Source: an uncultured delta proteobacterium
GTDB lineage: Bacteria; Desulfobacterota; Desulfobacteria; Desulfobacterales; Desulfosalsimonadaceae
Direction of reading: 5' to 3'
Length of the DNA stretch: 64,000 nucleotides
Assembly (NCBI GenBank): GCA_963826785.1
Contig: CAWGYD010000001.1
Coordinates: forward strand, 64,001 to 128,000
Numbering within the stretch: the first letter of the stretch is position 1; every line of letters starts with the position of its first letter. The notes beneath the pieces are model-generated. The model ran no database searches, was not told where the DNA came from, and worked only from the letters and a program-made list of their open reading frames with translations. Of the stretch, positions 61,788-64,000 are shown in pieces. The position numbers were made by a program, and so were the translations under genes.

Positions 61788-62579
61788 TCATCCGGCGGCG
61801 GGCGGGGGCTGACGGTCCGGGCAGAAATAGGTGCCGCGGCCGTTTACGGTGATCTTCTCGATCCGGCCGCTCCCCTTCGGGCAGTCGGCCCCGGATTTGC
61901 GCGCATGGATCAGCCATGAATCCGGGAACTGCCCGGGATCGGCTTTTCGGTCAATGGCTTCTTCGAGCACCCGTCCCATGACCCGGTGAAGGGTTTTGAA
62001 CTGGTCTTTAGAGAGTTCGCCGATGGGCATCTCCGGGTGAAGCTGAGCCTGAAACAGGACCTCGTCCGTGTAGATATTTCCCAATCCGGCGATGACGCGC
62101 TGGTCCATGAGCCGGGATTTGAGTTTTCCCCTTCCGGAGAGCCGCTCTTTGAATTTTTCGAGGGAAAGTCCCCGGGCGTCGGGCCCCAGGTTTTGATCAT
62201 CGATAAAGGTGCCGGGGCTTTTGATCAGAGAGGCAAAGCCCAGCATCCGCCTGGAAATATAGGCAAGGCTTCCCCGTTCAAGCCCGAAAAGAATCCGGGT
62301 GTAATCGGGCTCTTTTTCCGGGTCTTTGAAGTAGCGGATGTCCCCGGTCATGCCGAAATGCAAATGGAGCCAGAAATCGCCGTCTGTTTCCAGAAACAGA
62401 TGTTTTCCGTGTCGAAACGCCGAAACAAATCGGCGGCCGGAAAGGTTTTCGCAAAAGGCCTGCGTGCCGCCGCCCCGGATAATTTTTTCATTTTTGAGCC
62501 GGATGCCCTGGATCTGCTGGTGCAGGGAGGTGGCGTCGATATAGCGCTTGTAAATTTCCACATCGGGCAGTTCAGGCAT
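61788..62579 (-). CDS. Fpg/Nei family DNA glycosylase/AP lyase
   Basis: N-terminal MPELPDVE, RHGKHL, HFGMTG, LMDQ..IAGLGNIY.DE.LF; degenerate C-terminal finger. Confidence 0.9.
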   Translation of the reverse strand: MPELPDVEIYKRYIDATSLHQQIQGIRLKNEKIIRGGGTQAFCENLSGRRFVSAFRHGKHLFLETDGDFWLHLHFGMTGDIRYFKDPEKEPDYTRILFGLERGSLAYISRRMLGFASLIKSPGTFIDDQNLGPDARGLSLEKFKERLSGRGKLKSRLMDQRVIAGLGNIYTDEVLFQAQLHPEMPIGELSKDQFKTLHRVMGRVLEEAIDRKADPGQFPDSWLIHARKSGADCPKGSGRIEKITVNGRGTYFCPDRQPPPAAG

Positions 62580-62682
62580 CGTCCTTTCCTTTGAATACGA
62601 AAAATTCAAGCAATCGATTAATCGCTTCTTTTTTTTAAATTTCCAGATCAGGATAGAACGCAGGAAAAGGGGGCACCGGTAT

Positions 62683-63622
62683 TCAGGTCCCTTCCCGGGT
62701 GATGCTCGACGGGGGTTTGTCCCTGCTGAGCCCCTTGAAACTGGGATGGCGCAGCCGTCCGTCTTTGGTCCATTCCGAGAACTCGACATCCCCGACGTAC
62801 TTCGGTGTCACCCAGTGGACATCCTGGGTCGGCACGTCACCGGTTGCAAAAGGGGAAGTCTTGCGTTCATCGCGCAGCAGTTTTCTGCTGATGGAGCGCA
62901 GCATGTCATTGTCATACCCGCTGCCCACCTTGCCGGCATAGCACAGTTGACCATTTTCATAGTAACCCACCAGAAGCGCGCCGAATCCGATGCGGTTTCC
63001 CCTGGGTTCCGTATATCCGCCGATAACGAAATTCTGCCGGCGGGCGGATTTAAAAGAAGTCTTTTCCCGGAAATCGCCATGGGCATCCGGGACGGCAAGG
63101 TCGCAGTCGTCGAAACTCTGCGCGGTTTCCTCGAATCGAAGCGGATCGGTGAAATGAAATATCCGCTTCAGCACGTTTTTCCGGTCCGCCAGCATCAATC
63201 CGGAGATGTCGTATCCATCTGCAAACAGCAGGTCGAATATATAATAAACCGTCTCCGGCGTCTCTGTTGTCCCGTATTCCGGGCCCGGGTCCGGCGGTCT
63301 CGTCGAAAGGGACGATTTGCGCGCCAATGGTCACGATCTTTCCGTCCACAATGAAGTTTTTGCATTCCTGAACGCGCAGCGCTTTCACTAGATGCGGGTA
63401 CTTCTGGTTCAGGTCTTTTCGGCTTCGGGACATGAGCGTCAGATCATTGCCGTTTCGAAATGCCAGGCATCGTTCGCCGTCGAGTTGTTCATATATCCAG
63501 TCCGGATCGGAAAACGGGTCCTGGGCCAGCGTGGCGGACACGGGCTGGGTCCATTCCGAAACCGGTATTTTGCGGATCCTGAACTGTTCGTCTTCAGGAA
63601 TCAGGTTTAACAGATCATTCAT
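62683..63622 (-). pseudogene. Degenerate LigD-type ATP-dependent DNA ligase (no catalytic Lys, internal motifs missing, frameshift near 63325)
   Basis: WIYEQLDGER where ExKxDGxR is expected; IVDGKIV, YYIFDLL; the OB domain (FVIGGYTEPRG.R.GFGALLVG...RHPSFKG) is intact. Confidence 0.7.
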
Positions 63623-63809
63623 GGGGTATCCTCGCTACGGATGTCGTTACTTCTCATTAAGGATAAATCCCATCGGATGAATTTGCAAAAGCGGCGCCCT
63701 TTTATTTCGGGCTGTTCAGAATGGATTTAAAATGCCGGGGCTATGCAAAAATCTTCAAAGCCATCTTCCGGCGCTGGCCGGAAGTGCAAGGATTTCTATG
63801 ACGCCATCC

Positions 63810-64000
63810 CTAAAGGTGCGTTCCGCAGTATTTGCAGAACGCCGCATCCAGGTCATGGCCTTCAGCGCCGCAGGCCGGGCAGGCCTGGGTGGAGACCGGC
63901 TTTTTCCGGGAAGCTTCCGTCATTTCCACGGTGACGATCCCGGTGGGCACCGCGATGATGCCATACCCCAGAACCATGACCACGCAGGCCAGGGTTTTTC
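63810..64000 (-). CDS. Ion transporter (voltage-gated K+-channel-like), C-terminal fragment with Zn ribbon
   Basis: [23 protein letters not shown]...[22 protein letters not shown]. Confidence 0.8.
   Translation of the reverse strand, partial: KTLACVVMVLGYGIIAVPTGIVTVEMTEASRKKPVSTQACPACGAEGHDLDAAFCKYCGTHL

Noticed and set aside
1..64000. Genome-wide UGA reassignment (genetic code 4 or 25)
   Set aside because: Many genes end at TGA at their expected C-termini (e.g. 12741, 28263, 36832), and Trp is encoded by TGG.

Overview
GC-rich bacterial DNA with AT-rich intergenic regions. Gene content (HdrA/HdrL-like flavoprotein, corrinoid methyltransferases, CFI-tailed surface protein) suggests an anaerobic Desulfobacterota-like organism; this is inference. 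(1) 1-9.3 kb holds three adjacent genes with in-frame TGA codons, each followed by a hairpin. One is a Sec-type HdrA/HdrL (TNDCAM-U). The other two are tandem secreted Ig/PKD-repeat proteins whose TGA sits at the same aligned position immediately after the signal peptide. These two are the best candidate for an undescribed system: exported selenoproteins with Sec at the mature N-terminus. (2) 9.3-16.5 kb: apbE, mltF, mobB and a DUF1015-panC-metK operon. (3) 17-30 kb: a methyl-transfer operon with an SDMT-like SAM N-methyltransferase, a corrinoid protein, two non-pyrrolysine MttB-family enzymes, a lone hydantoinase-A-like ATPase, an ACT protein, a RACo-type activator, DUF1638, a methyl-THF:corrinoid methyltransferase and serA. 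(4) 30-64 kb: mixed stress, signalling and metabolic genes, including two PAS-GGDEF-HD-GYP paralogues, an eRF1-like protein, an amidoligase/C26 pair, Fpg-like and a degenerate LigD. About a dozen single-base frameshifts are scattered through the window, which suggests assembly errors, so individual lesions need read-level checking. No tRNA, rRNA, CRISPR array or transposase was recognised.
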